From NCBI GenBank assembly GCA_964019425.1, contig OZ025801.1, positions 806,001-870,000 on the forward strand: 64,000 bases of DNA, read 5' to 3'. The notes under the pieces are model-generated. The model worked only from the letters and a program-made list of their open reading frames with translations. It made no database searches and had not been told where the DNA came from. Source of the DNA: Flectonema sp. DT1601. Taxonomy: Eukaryota. Below are positions 47,638-61,597 of this stretch, in pieces. Position 1 is the first letter of the stretch, and each line of letters starts with the position of its first letter. A program made the translations under genes and the position numbers.

Positions 47638-48623
47638 ATGGGTGCGCAACAATCTGGAGGAAACCAACCAGTTGGTACCAACTGGAAGGCGATTCAAAAA
47701 GACAGAAAGCAGGTATGCCGTACTTTTGTTTTTGACAATACTTTACAAAGGTCGTTCAAACACAAAAAACAAACAACACAACACAGTTCGGAGACATTGA
47801 TCTTCCTGAAATCCCTTTAAACAAGTTGAAAGAAGTAACTTCAGAAATTGATATGACTGTCAAGGATTCGGTATACATCAAACACTACAAAACTGAGTAC
47901 AGAGAAGCTCTAAAGAGAAAGAGAGCCAAGAAACAGGAACCCAAACCATTGAGATTATACGATAAGTGTCTTCACCCTGCTGATGACAGAGCCGGAAAAG
48001 GTTTTTTTTTTTTTTTTTAATTTTTTTGCATTTACCAAGTATTGTAAGAACAAAAAAAAGTGTTTGGCAGCACACGTAAACATCCTAAAGCTTTATCAGT
48101 TTAAGTCGGTTCACGGGGGGGTTTCGTGACACAAACAAGGTTTTAGAGATCCTACTAAACACAACTCACCACAAACAACACAGACGAAGACCGTAAGGGA
48201 CTCATTAAAAAGTTGGTTGAGGATATCACACCTGTCGTAAAGGAGGATGTAGTTGATGGATTCAAAGAAGATGGTGTTCAGGGAGATGAGAAACAATTAG
48301 GAAAAGAAGCAGACAAAGTTATCTTTAAGCTAATCCACGAAAGAGTTCATGACGTCGTTCAGGAGATCGCAACAGCAATCTACAAGAAATACCTTCAGGG
48401 TAACGACTACGATGTTTCCGACGCGGAAGACGATGAAGAAGAGCTTGCCAAGAAGGAAGCCGACCGCGCTGAAAGAAAGAAGGAAGCTGCCGCAAAACGT
48501 CAATACGAAGCCGATGTCTGGTTGGCCGAGGAAGCTGGAGAGGAACCTCCACCACCACCAGCCAACGTTCAGGACGACGAGGAATCCGATGAGGAAGAAG
48601 AGGAGGAGGAGGAAGAGGAATAG
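47638..48623 (+). CDS. Hypothetical protein, probably N-myristoylated, acidic C-terminus; exons 47638-47712, 47787-48000, 48184-48623
   Basis: MGAQQS fits MGxxxS. Two GT-AG introns join three short track ORFs in frame. Confidence 0.78.
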
Positions 48624-49462
48624 ATGCAGCCTTTGCTTTTATAAAAAAACCGGTTCCAAAAGAAAGTGTGATTCCCCTTCTTTCCGCAACTTCGAGCGTT
48701 TGGCTTACCTTGTCATTATATTGAGGGGAAGAACGGGAAAAGAAAAACCAAAAAAAAAAAAAAAAAAAGTATATAAGAGAAGAAAAACAAAATACAGAAA
48801 AAAGAAAAACTACTCTTTCTTTAGTGAGAGACGTTTTGTGCTTCATTTTTATTACATACCCTCTTCTCGAGAAAAAAAAAAAAAAAAAAAGAAGGAAAAA
48901 AAGAAGGAAACAAAAAAAAAGCATGAAAATGAAAAAAACAACAGCAAATAAAAAGACATTCCCCTCACCACCACTGCTAGTTCGCAGTTCGGTCACATGC
49001 GGAGTCTTCACTGAAGGAGGAGGAACCATATCTTATTGGTTTTTTTTTTAGCAGCAAAACGCGTTTTTTTAAACGGTCAACGCGTCGCCCGCCCCCCCTC
49101 ACACGACTGAAACACTGATTCACTGTTTTCACAATACAAACTTTTATTTCACCCCCCTCCAGATTATTTCGTAATTGAATAACTCGAAAACCTAAATAGT
49201 TACTTCAAAAGTCTAAGTTAAGCATCGCTATCACACCTAGTCACTGTATCTAAAACTAATGTTAAATTATCGTTATGTTGTTTGGATTTTTCGTACAAAA
49301 TCGAACAGTTAACCCTTCAGTCTATTAGGTGAATATACTAAACAAGTTATTCCAGCGAGTAGGAGTCTGATGCCGTGATCGATGTTGAACGACAGCTGTC
49401 TTCTGTTTTTAGTAATTTTATTCCATTCGTTAGTTTCATTTCTTATCAGATCTCAAATACTC

Positions 49463-49930
49463 ATGTCTGGTGCTCCCACTACACGTTATCGGAGTGACGG
49501 CTTTGGAAGAGATGCCTACATAAATGAGCAAATTAGAAAACCAACAAAAATATCTAACTTAGCCCAGCGTAGGGATACGCTACCTGATAATGTGTTTCGA
49601 TACCTTAAAGAACAGGTATGTGTATATTTTATGTGGGAAGTGTGGTTTTTGTTGTCCTCAAAATTAAAACCAACACAACAGGTCCACCGCGAAGAGTACT
49701 CCGACTACGTCAGAGATTTGCAAACCTTGGGAAGTAAAGTCAGAAGAACAGCTGGTAAAAGAATGATTCCCAGAGAAAGAGAATTAATGCAAGAAGAAGC
49801 TCGTATGCAATCCCTTGAGACGAAGTATTTCAGACAACAAAAATTACAACTCCTGTACCAACAAGAACAAGCTCAATGGGATGCCGAATTAAATGAAAAA
49901 GGTTTAACAATCGCAAGAAACAGAGAGTAG
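49463..49930 (+). CDS. CFAP141-like ciliary microtubule inner protein; exons 49463-49615, 49682-49930
   Basis: 66-nt in-frame GTATGT..ACAG intron. The C-terminus EEARMQ...RQQKLQLLYQQEQAQWDAELNEKGLTI resembles my recollection of the CFAP141/C1orf189 pattern; N-terminal DGFGRDAYI motif. Confidence 0.6.
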   Translation: MSGAPTTRYRSDGFGRDAYINEQIRKPTKISNLAQRRDTLPDNVFRYLKEQVCVYFMWEVWFLLSSKLKPTQQVHREEYSDYVRDLQTLGSKVRRTAGKRMIPRERELMQEEARMQSLETKYFRQQKLQLLYQQEQAQWDAELNEKGLTIARNRE

Positions 49931-50403
49931 TGCAACCTATCTCTGAATGAGGAAACTAATACTCCAATGATCGGCTAATTTGGACGCAAAGATGATCCTG
50001 AGAGAGGATCGAACCTGAGCTGGATGGGACACCTGTTAAGAACGAATTTACACTAACCCCTTTCATCGGGTGACAATACATGTCGCCCCTCCCCATTGTG
50101 TTTAATGAATGTGTAGTGTTCTTTATTCCAACACTGTAGTCATTCTTACTGCAAATTGCTTACGCCATGCACCATTAAGTAGCTGGCAGAGAATGAAATA
50201 ACAAGCCTAGTTAATTTAACCTATACTTGACTTGCGTGTTTGTAAGTAATTCCTTAACCCTGTTGTATTTTGTTCCTTCCAAACATTGTCAGGCGCACTG
50301 TTTATATATCCTCGGCAGTGTTGACTTTTAAAAAAAAAAAAAAATTCATTTTGTACTTTTACCCTTTGTAAGATTGACTGTTACAAAAAAAAAAAAAAAA
50401 AAA

Positions 50404-52374
50404 ATGAATGAAATTATCATATCGGCAGACGAATGGAAAGAGAAATGCAGTCTGATTGAACCTTTGAGAAAACCAAAATTTCCAAACTGTGAACAACTAT
50501 TTCAAAGATACCACACTGTTGCAGGACAACAACTGAATTGTCCACCTGTTTGGGTTTGTTTAGTTGAGTGCATTGGAACTGTTTTAAATGTTAAATCTCA
50601 TAGTCATCCTTTATGGGAACAAAATCAATGCATAGGACCACAGTCAAAATACTACCCAACAATGTTATTATTTGTGGTGCATAATTACACTGCATTGAGA
50701 CGGTTGGAACAGGTGTCTTTAATAAGTGATACTGATATGGCTGAGGTTACTCGGATCTTATCGAGCCCTGTATTGAAATATAGTAACCTACCTTGTGATA
50801 GCAGTAATGAAGTTTTATTATCGGAAGCCGCAGTTAGAGAGTTGTGTGGTGACGAAGCGGGATTGTTGTGTAATTTTATTGAGAATATCGTATTTCAATG
50901 TGAAGAAGCGAATAATCTCATTAAAATGATCAGATTTAAATTTACTCTTCGCTGTGAACAAAGTGAACTACTAATTCTAAGACAAGCATACGACTACCTA
51001 AATAAAAAATCTACAATAACAGACGGCCTTCACCTCCAACTTCTACCCTTAATGAATAAACAAGAGGCTGCTAGGTACAGCCTATTTGATGTTCATTTCA
51101 CTGATGTTCGAGACTTTGTTAACATAGATATAAACCAAGACACGTCACCAAGACCGGCAAACAGCATGCATGAAGCTCACTTGATCGTAATAGCAATTAT
51201 AAAAATTGTTGTGTTGTTAGTATCTGGAAATGAATTTTGTGGAGATGAGGAAAGTTCAAACGGAGGATGCCACGTTGATAATGATCTCAACTGTGTGATA
51301 TCAAAAGAAAAAGAAATACCTCCCCACTACCGAATAATCCCATCGCGTTATCATGCTGTCATTAATTCAGATCAGAGTAATAGTGAACCTGGTCAGTCAA
51401 CTTTCAATTATGAAGAACCAAAAAAAAGTGTGAAACAAACTCTAAAAGAAATCCTACGTAAAGCGACATGCATTGAGAATATTACTCCTGCTGAGGCTTG
51501 CGATGCGGTTTTCACTGAAAGTGGAGTCATTCGTGATTACGTGAAAGAGTTCATACCCACATATGAAAATCTCAACAGCGTTATAGAAATAGTAAAAAAC
51601 TTCATATCCTCATCTGATTCACATATAAAATCAAAATTACCTGAGTGGAGGCAACGTAATTGGGAATCAGTGCTTTGCACAGATTCGATAAAGGGAATTG
51701 CAATAAACGAAAATAATTCCAATCTCAAAGAACTATATAAAATTATCATGTGGGTAACTGACACGATAAACACTTGGCCGGTCATACTTAAATTAAAACA
51801 GTCGCTTGATGACTTCGATATCGCAAATCAAAAAGTCGTTATTCAAAAGCAATCATTCGTAAAATATCGAAATATTCGTTTTAAGGCACAGTGTAATGTA
51901 GAAAACCAGACTGGAATTAATAATAAAAAACGTGAAGCAATTCAAGTAACTGGAACTGAAAATTCTTTACAAATCATTGTAAGAAATAAAGATGGTGATG
52001 ATCTTGTAAAAATAAATTCACCACCTGCGATGTCACTGAGTGCGGCATATCAACGGCAGGCGTTGATTGGAAAATCTCATTTGAGAGGGCGGACTGATTC
52101 TGATGAATTTGAGAATGCGATAAGTTGGTCGGCTTCTTTAACATCTTCGATTTTAACGGATGACACTATTCTAAAACTCTTCAATACTCTCGAAGTTGAT
52201 GATTCTGATTTAACAAGTTTTAGTGAAGTGAAATCCATCATCGAATCATTCAACTATTTAGGTCCAGAATCTAGTTGTATTACTGATAAGGAATGGAAGC
52301 GAATGGTAGGAAAGAAAGATAAAATCGACATTCACGACTTCAAAACACTTTTATTGAACTTATCAAAACAGTAA
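50404..52374 (+). CDS. Hypothetical protein with a degenerate C-terminal EF-hand pair
   Basis: LFNTLEVDDSDLTSFSEV and KKDKIDIHDFKTLL. ATG at 50404 follows an A-run. Confidence 0.7.
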   Translation: MNEIIISADEWKEKCSLIEPLRKPKFPNCEQLFQRYHTVAGQQLNCPPVWVCLVECIGTVLNVKSHSHPLWEQNQCIGPQSKYYPTMLLFVVHNYTALRRLEQVSLISDTDMAEVTRILSSPVLKYSNLPCDSSNEVLLSEAAVRELCGDEAGLLCNFIENIVFQCEEANNLIKMIRFKFTLRCEQSELLILRQAYDYLNKKSTITDGLHLQLLPLMNKQEAARYSLFDVHFTDVRDFVNIDINQDTSPRPANSMHEAHLIVIAIIKIVVLLVSGNEFCGDEESSNGGCHVDNDLNCVISKEKEIPPHYRIIPSRYHAVINSDQSNSEPGQSTFNYEEPKKSVKQTLKEILRKATCIENITPAEACDAVFTESGVIRDYVKEFIPTYENLNSVIEIVKNFISSSDSHIKSKLPEWRQRNWESVLCTDSIKGIAINENNSNLKELYKIIMWVTDTINTWPVILKLKQSLDDFDIANQKVVIQKQSFVKYRNIRFKAQCNVENQTGINNKKREAIQVTGTENSLQIIVRNKDGDDLVKINSPPAMSLSAAYQRQALIGKSHLRGRTDSDEFENAISWSASLTSSILTDDTILKLFNTLEVDDSDLTSFSEVKSIIESFNYLGPESSCITDKEWKRMVGKKDKIDIHDFKTLLLNLSKQ

Positions 52375-52572
52375 TACCAACCTGACACCTTCGCCAGATG
52401 CTTTTTTACCTTCTAACTGCTATGTACTTAGTGGATATACACTTCTGATTGGGAGACGTGTTTTACAACTGTCTTTCAATTAGTTTTATACACCGCCATT
52501 GAACAGTTTTGTCTGTTGAATATTATTTATTATTAATTTGTTTTTTTTTAAGAAATTTTTCTTCAAAAGAAC

Positions 52573-53289
52573 ATGGAGGCATTCCTCTCAAAACAAATTG
52601 ATATCAACAAAAACAAAATAACGGAATTGCAAGATAATAAAAAATCAGCGACAGTCAGTGAAGTTGGTTTTCTTATTGAGGGACGTTATCAGAACGAGAG
52701 AGAGTATTTATTGAGGAAGGCTGCAATTATAAAAAAGGAAAACGATGACGATCAGCAAACCGTCTTTCAATTACAGAACACTCTATCGACGATTTCTGAT
52801 GAAAATGAAATACTAAAGCGTGAATTAGTATTAAAAGCACCAGCAGAACAATCATTATTATCATTTCAAAATGAAGTATCAGAACGACATAATCAGCGAT
52901 TGTCCTTACAGACAGCGGCAAAACATAAATTACAATTACTTAAATTAAAATTAACCGAATACGAGAATGAACTGAAGTTAGTAAACGCAAAAATTTCTGA
53001 ACTCAGTTCTAAGCAGCAGAATCTTCTTCTTTGTAGAGATGAGGAGTCAAAAATATTTTATTCAAATGATGCCAAAGGTGTTCAGTCTTACTTTAATCCG
53101 ATTGTCTCATCACTTTTCTCTCTCTCTGTCAGTCACGAGACACATTCTAAAGATCTCATTGAGTCTTCTCATGTATCTTCAGATATTTTGGAAGCAAAAT
53201 TACGAGAATTTAAAATTAAGGAAATAGAAACACTCAACCACATCAAATGCTTGATTGAGAATATAAAAACATCCGATTTTACGAAATGA
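52573..53289 (+). CDS. Hypothetical coiled-coil protein
   Basis: 238-aa ORF rich in L/E/K/Q heptads. Confidence 0.65.
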   Translation: MEAFLSKQIDINKNKITELQDNKKSATVSEVGFLIEGRYQNEREYLLRKAAIIKKENDDDQQTVFQLQNTLSTISDENEILKRELVLKAPAEQSLLSFQNEVSERHNQRLSLQTAAKHKLQLLKLKLTEYENELKLVNAKISELSSKQQNLLLCRDEESKIFYSNDAKGVQSYFNPIVSSLFSLSVSHETHSKDLIESSHVSSDILEAKLREFKIKEIETLNHIKCLIENIKTSDFTK

Positions 53290-53418
53290 AAAAAAAAAAA
53301 GAAAATAATGATAATAAAAAAACATAACAATTTACACACAAACTGTATTTTCTTTAATAATTGTCAATCAATCAAAACGTGTGTGTCAAGTCTATTCACT
53401 TTCACAGTATTATAAAAA

Positions 53419-54360
53419 ATGAATTGCTCACCATGTTCTGTAGAGGTGCTGTCAGATGATATTCTCAGCGTCGTGTTCTCATATTTGAATCATCACCACA
53501 TCGTAGAAGGAGTGTCAACTTGCAGTAGGAGGTTTAATAAAATAACAAAGACTGAAATGATGTGGCAATTAGTATCTCAAAATACTATAAAGAAATACTG
53601 TGAAGGTCGAGGTCACGTCTTTGAGGAAACGACTACTCTTCCGGAGATCACAGCAGTTTTTGAAATAGAAGACTGCAACAGACCGAGGAAGAGACGTTCT
53701 TCAGGTGTAGCAGCGATGATCGAATCAGACAAAACTGATAATAATAATATCGATTTTAAAGATATTTATGAAAACGTTTCTCGACTTGGTTTTAAATACG
53801 GTTGGAAACAATCATTTGAACGCTATGTGAGAAGTCTTCCCTTTTCTCTAACAAGTGATACGTTACTTGTGACAGACAACGGAACAACAACGACAAACGT
53901 TTCGTCTGACAGGGGAATCGGAACAGCAGTTTCTGCTTGCAGCTATGTCGGTAATTCATTTATTGAATTCAAAGTGTTGAAATATAACAAAACCAGAACA
54001 GCAACTCTAGCAGTCGGTGTGTCCTCATCAAGAAAAACTCGATCTGATACCCTCGTAGGGTTCTGTTCCAATAGCGTGTCTTGTATAAATACAGGTCATC
54101 CTTGTAGTACTGGTGGTGGTATCACTCGACTACCAATTATCAATGAGGATGATGTTATTAGTCTTTTGTTGTCAACTCACAACAGTACAACTTCTTTTCA
54201 ATTTTTTATAAATTCACAACCAGCTGGTGATGTTTTATCAGTCAACAGTATAGGACCGTGGTACCCAACTATATCACTAACTAAACAGGGACAGTCGATA
54301 GCTATAATCCCAAGGCATAGCATTCCAAAATGGGCCACGTCTCATGTCGGGAATACATAA
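53419..54360 (+). CDS. F-box and SPRY domain protein
   Basis: LSDDILSVVFSYL...VSTCSRRF...W (F-box); FIEFKV, LAVGV, DVISLLL, FFIN, WYPTISL (SPRY). Confidence 0.8.
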   Translation: MNCSPCSVEVLSDDILSVVFSYLNHHHIVEGVSTCSRRFNKITKTEMMWQLVSQNTIKKYCEGRGHVFEETTTLPEITAVFEIEDCNRPRKRRSSGVAAMIESDKTDNNNIDFKDIYENVSRLGFKYGWKQSFERYVRSLPFSLTSDTLLVTDNGTTTTNVSSDRGIGTAVSACSYVGNSFIEFKVLKYNKTRTATLAVGVSSSRKTRSDTLVGFCSNSVSCINTGHPCSTGGGITRLPIINEDDVISLLLSTHNSTTSFQFFINSQPAGDVLSVNSIGPWYPTISLTKQGQSIAIIPRHSIPKWATSHVGNT

Positions 54361-54790
54361 AACAGTTATCAACCAAAGATTTCTTGTTTGGTTTCGTTCT
54401 TTGTATCTGTTGCGAACACATAAAAATTTCTGCTTACGCATAAATATGTTGGTTCCTTTATTGTATCTTTTTGTTTTGTACCTTTTCCTGTTTTGTAAGT
54501 TAAAACTTAATTCTGTTTTTTTCTTTTTTTTCTTCTTGTCCCTGCAGTAGTAAACTGCAGCAGTTTCTTTAAATGTATACAAACCCAGGTGTTTGTTTTA
54601 TGTTGTATTGTATCAGATTACTAATGTTTTTATACCGAATGATATAGTAAAAGTGTGTGATCGAAAATTCCTTATTTTCACACAACCAGGTCACACCACT
54701 ATTAATAAAATGGACAACACAATACGAAGTATTGTTTTTTCTTTTTTAAAAAAAAACACTAATCTCATTCAACTCAACAGTGTCAATAAA

Positions 54791-57700
54791 ATGGTATTTG
54801 CTGGTAGTACTGCCGGAGTGAAACGGAGTAAATTAGGAAATGTTGCAATCGATTCGGAAGGTCGAACGATGAGCGAATACAGAAAAGATGAGAAAAAAGG
54901 ATCAGCAGCACACCAACACAGCATGAAATATGGTTTCTTATCATCGATAAAAGATAGCAATGGAAGAAAACAAGGTGATGAAGGGTACGATTGTAGGAAG
55001 TTATACGTCCCTCAGAATTCATTGTCGCTTATGACTCCTTTTGAACGACAATATTGGGAGATTAAGATGCAAAACTGGGATACGGTATTGTTCTTTAAGA
55101 AAGGAAAGTTCTACGAACTGTATGAGAGAGATGCAGACATTGGTCATCAACAATTCGACTTAAAGTTAATTGATACGGCGAGGTCTTCAATGAGAATGGT
55201 TGGAATCCCAGAACAAGGTTTTAATGGATGGGCTGCTCGCTTTATTGGAGCTGGTCACAAAATTGGTAGGGTTGAACAACTACAAACAAGAACCCAACTT
55301 GACAGATCTGGAGGAAGTAAAACAGCAATCGTCCCGAGGGAACTTTGTCAAGTTTTAACCCTCGGAACTATAACAGAGTTAGATATGTTTATGGATCACA
55401 ATCCTAATTATTTGGTTACGATTAAAGAATCTAATAACGCATACGGTGTAGTCGTCACTGACACGTCTCGAGGAATGTTCAGATTTGCCTTTCTCCCAGA
55501 AGATGAACAGCGTTCTGCGTTAGTAACATTATTACACTCTACGAAACCGAAGGAAATTATTTTAGAACGCGGGTGTGTTTCGAAACTTACCCTCACAATA
55601 ATTGAAAAGGAATTAGGATCAGTTCGAAAAACGTTTTTAACTTCAAAGAATGAATTCCTCTCACTGGAGGATGCGCACAAACATTTTCAGGGAAAGAATT
55701 ATTTTCCAACTGATCCAGACTCCCTTCCCCAAGCTTTACAAGAGTTCTGGTCGGATCCGTTAGTGATGTCCGCCTTTGGAGCTCTAGCAGTGTACCTGGT
55801 CGATTCAAAACAAGACACTGAACTGTTTTCAATAAAAAATTTCGGAAAATACGATCCGAGTATGGGAGGACGTGCTGTCACTCTTGACGGTACTGCCTTG
55901 TCTAATTTAGAAGTTTTGGAAAGTGCGAACTCGAATTTGAGTCCTCATCAAAGAGCTCAGGGTACCCTACTGGGGTTTCTTAATCACTGCGTCTGGTCAG
56001 TTGGAAGAAGGAGATTACATAATTGGGTTTGCTCACCTTTGAGAAATGTTCTTGATATTACAAATCGTCAAGATGCAGTTGCTGAACTTGTCGAATGCCC
56101 TGATAAACTATCTCACATCCAAAGACTACTCCGACCAATTCCAGACCTTGAACGTTGTCTCAACCGACTAGGAATGGCAGGTCGTGAACGAGAAGTAGCC
56201 TGGGTCGATCCTATCGCATATAATAAAAAGATTGTTAACATCTTTTTATCTACTTTGAGTGCGTTAAAACAAGCAACTGAATTCGTTTCAGAATTTAAGG
56301 AACGAGCATCTGCAGATTTACTCAAGTCCGCCGTGACGTTTAAACCAGAAGGAGGAAAATTTCCTGACATTGGAGAAAAATTAGCAAAATTTGAAACATG
56401 TTTTGACGTTGCGAAAGCAGAGAGCAGTGGACAAGTTGTTCCCCGTCCAGGTACACACGCTCAGTATGATAAGGCGTGTAGTGATTTCTCACAGTTGGAA
56501 GGAGAGCTTGATGACCACCTTCAAGAAATTCAAATGTATTACAAAAACAACACGATTCGTTATAATTCTATTGGAAAAGATCACTACCTCGTCGAAATAC
56601 CCGCAGCACTTGGAAATAAAAAACCATTTCCAGGTTTTGAAAAAAAATCAGAAACTAAAGCCATCATCAGATACCGTGATCTCAATAACAGTAAACTTAT
56701 AATGAAAGTTGACGACAAGAAAGAAGATGTTGATGTAATAAAAAGAAGAGTATTAAAAGATATTTTATTAGATTTTTCGGAAGGAGTTTCTGAATGGAGA
56801 CAAGTCATAGAATGCTTAGCCACACTTGATTGCTTGTGTTCACTAGCTGTAACCTCATCAGCCAATAACATGACTCGTCCTGTAGTAAAGGAACGTAAAG
56901 ACGGAGAAGCTCCTTATTTGAGAGCTAGGAATGTTATTCATCCGCTGATGAAGCCTGGAGCTGTATCAAAATCTGATACAATGATCGCTAACGATATCAC
57001 TATTGGAGGTGATGAGCCTCCAGTCATTCTAATTACAGGTCCTAACATGGGAGGTAAATCAACCATCATGAGATGTGCTTGTGTTGTTATTATTTTAGCT
57101 CAGCTTGGATGCTTCGTTCCAGCATCGTTTGCGGAACTAACTCCAGTGGATAGAATTTTTACTCGTATTGGTGCTTGTGATAGAATCCTGTCAGGACTCT
57201 CAACCTTCATGGTTGAGATGAGGGAAACATCTTCAATCCTTCATCACGCAACACAAGATAGCTTTGTTGTACTCGATGAATTGGGTCGTGGAACCGCTAC
57301 TGTAGATGGTTATTCTATTGCTCATTCAGTTTTGCTTTACATCGCCGAAACGTATGTCTTTATTTGGTTTAAACAGCCACGGAGAAGAGTAATGCTTTAA
57401 AAAAAAAAAAAAAACAGGATTAAGTGTAGGACTGTGTTCTCAACTCATTATCACTATCTGTGTCACGATGTTATGAAGAGGGCAAAGCAAGATGTATGTT
57501 AAAGTACTTTTTTTTTTTGCACCGACGAAGTCGGAGAAGAAACTATTCAGATTAAGAGCCGTTATTTATTATGTCATGTTATCTATTTCCCTGTGCGCCA
57601 GTAACACTAGCTGCGATCAACGAAATATAAGGCTTATCTGAATGGTTTTTTTTTAATAAAAATAAAATAATAAAATAAAATAAACATTCACAGATTTCTC

Positions 57701-57996
57701 TCTACCGAATGGCATACGACATAGATCCTGAGACCCGAGCAGTTCGATTCCTTTACAAATTTATAAAAGGATCAACCAACGAGTCTTATGGTGTTGATGT
57801 TGCAAAAAAAGCAAATCTTTTATCATCGATCCTCGTAAAGGCTCAGCAAAAGAGTAACGACTTCAGAGCTCTTGATCACAGAACAAATCTTAAGGAAGGC
57901 GTTGCTTCATTAATCAGAAGAGCAATCGAATCTGATGATATACAATTAATTACTGGTGCTAAACGGAAAGCCACTGACATGCTCAATGTGCAATAA
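54791..57996 (+). CDS. MSH6: DNA mismatch repair MutS homolog, MSH6-like; exons 54791-57351, 57418-57493, 57694-57996 (start uncertain)
   Basis: MTPFERQYWEIK..FFKKGKFYELYERDA, TGPNMGGKST, STFMVE, LDELGRGT. Splicing restores CRTVFSTHYH and FLYKF..G...SYG..VAKKA. Confidence 0.9.
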
Positions 57997-58743
57997 AATA
58001 AAAAATACTAATCTCTGTGTTCCTCAGCACTTTGGTTCTTTTGTAAAGTCAAACTTTTTTTTTTTTTTTTTTTTTTTTTTCATGTAGATCTCTTGTTCAG
58101 TTTTGATTTGTTAATTTTTTTTATTTATTTTGTTCTTCAAATAGTGGTTATTACCATTTATTTATTTTTCTTTTTTTTCGTGGAGAGAGATGACCTGATT
58201 GAATGCCCTCTCCGCATGTTGTCAAAAAAAATATCATTTTATCGATAGTGTCTACCGTGTTAACAACCCCCTTATAATCTAAAAGGCTAGGTGTGCATGG
58301 CTATACCACACGAATGGGAAAAACATAGCCTTTTCTCTCTCTTTTAGTTGAACCCGACAAGCCATCGCGAGCTTCGCGTTTTGATTAACTTGTTTTTTTT
58401 TTTGTATCAAAAGTAAATCTCTTTTTTATTTGTCAATGAATGTCAGCAAAAAAAAAAAAAAAAAAAAGAAGTGTGTTGATTAATTTCTCAGAGCAGTCGG
58501 GCGTTAGTAAACGCCTGATCGCCAATATTGTAATTTTTTTTTTTTTTTTTTTGGCTAACTATTTAGAGGGACAAACTGTAACTTCTTATCCCATCCACGA
58601 ATGGTCTCTCAGCACAGCAGTTTTTTGAAACTAACTTGTGTTGAATTGAATGGCTTTTAATTGTAGTAATTTTGTTGTGATAGCTGAGTAATTAAATTGC
58701 ATTGTTTCCCCTCTCAGCAACGTTTTACTTTTAAGCCCCTTAA

Positions 58744-60193
<1,450 letters not shown>

Positions 60194-61597
60194 ACACTCG
60201 GAATCGAACAAAAATAATCTCTCTCTTCATTTTATTTTTCTCTTTATTTTTTTAAACCACAAGCTGGTTTATTTCCTTTTTTATTTTACCTTCCGGGACG
60301 TCCTTTCTCCTCATCAACTTCACCGATGATAACAAAATGCACAGCCGACAACAATCCTGACCGTACTTCACACAGAATGTGCTCAGAATGGACATTTTAT
60401 TCTTCTTTAGTACTTGTACAGAGCAATGCGACCAAGTTAGATACTTTGATAATAATTATATTTATTTTTGATTTTTTTGTCAGAGCCTATATAACATCAA
60501 CTGTATGATTGCGGTATTGTATATCTGAAAAGTTTTGTTTTTGTGTTGTTCTTAATTAAACTTAACAGGTTGTTACCAACTAAAAATATTTTTATGGGCC
60601 CGTGCTCCTCCTGCTGTTACGCCACCAAAGATTCTGAAGTCAAATTAAGAAAGTTGTTGCACGAATGTCCACGGTAGCCCTTATCTCCTTTGATTCTGTT
60701 ATTGTCAGAGATACTTTCAAAGGATTGACAATCATTCAACCATTTTTGACAGATATTTTAAACATCTGGAATATTATTTTCACATAATTTTAAGAAAAAC
60801 TCTGCAGGATAATAATAATGATAATGATAACGACTGTACCATGGCACCCTCGAATGAAGGAATTCTACTCCTCACCAACACTAAGGAAAAGCGCAAGAAA
60901 GACGACTACAGCTCCGACGAAGGAGAACTCGCGCTCGTAATAAAACGAACAGATGTAGAAGAGATAGAACTCAGCTGATCAAACTGGCGAGCTCCGATGG
61001 ACATTAAGAAATCGGTTCTTTGAATAAACGATTAATAAATCCGATTTATTAATAAACTAAAATTAAAGTCCCTTAGAACTTACTGATGAAGGCCTGAGAG
61101 GGACAAGTAGTATAAGATTAAGGCTCCTGAAAACTACTTTGTGATTTAGTACACTTTTTTTTATAATAAACTCATGTTCTGCACGTTGTGCATGGCTTAA
61201 TCATCCTAGTGAGCTTTATACCAAAAAAAACTATGATGACGAATAGAATATTGCAATCCATGATGATGACAGTTTGTTATTTAAATCTTTAATCCTATTA
61301 AAGTATCGACAATGATATGAAGCTTGATTTACTACAGAACAGAGGTATCCATTTATCTTAAGAAATACGAACAGTAGTTTTGATAAATACATTCCAGAAC
61401 AGGTTATTCATAATAAAGCATCACATGCGATACGATGAGTAAAGATTTTAAAAAACGTGGTTTCAAATTTGTCTCTCTCTCTATCTACTATTTGTTATGC
61501 AAGCAGTGGGTGTGGTAAACGATCGCACAGTTAATTGTGTTCGTATGACTCAACAAACATTTTAATCACATTTTTATTAGAATAACTTAAACGTAAT

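Noticed and set aside
54589..54780. Extra upstream coding exons for MSH6
   Set aside because: Intron-like segments are present, but the candidate exon 54690-54728 has a stop in the MSH6 frame. They may be 5' UTR introns; unresolved.
60841..60978. 45-aa ORF (MAPSNEG...)
   Set aside because: Short, with no recognisable motif or support.
61068..61104. Box C/D snoRNA (GTCCCT/AGGGAC stem with TGATGA and CTGA)
   Set aside because: The boxes are only 4 nt apart, leaving no room for a guide sequence.
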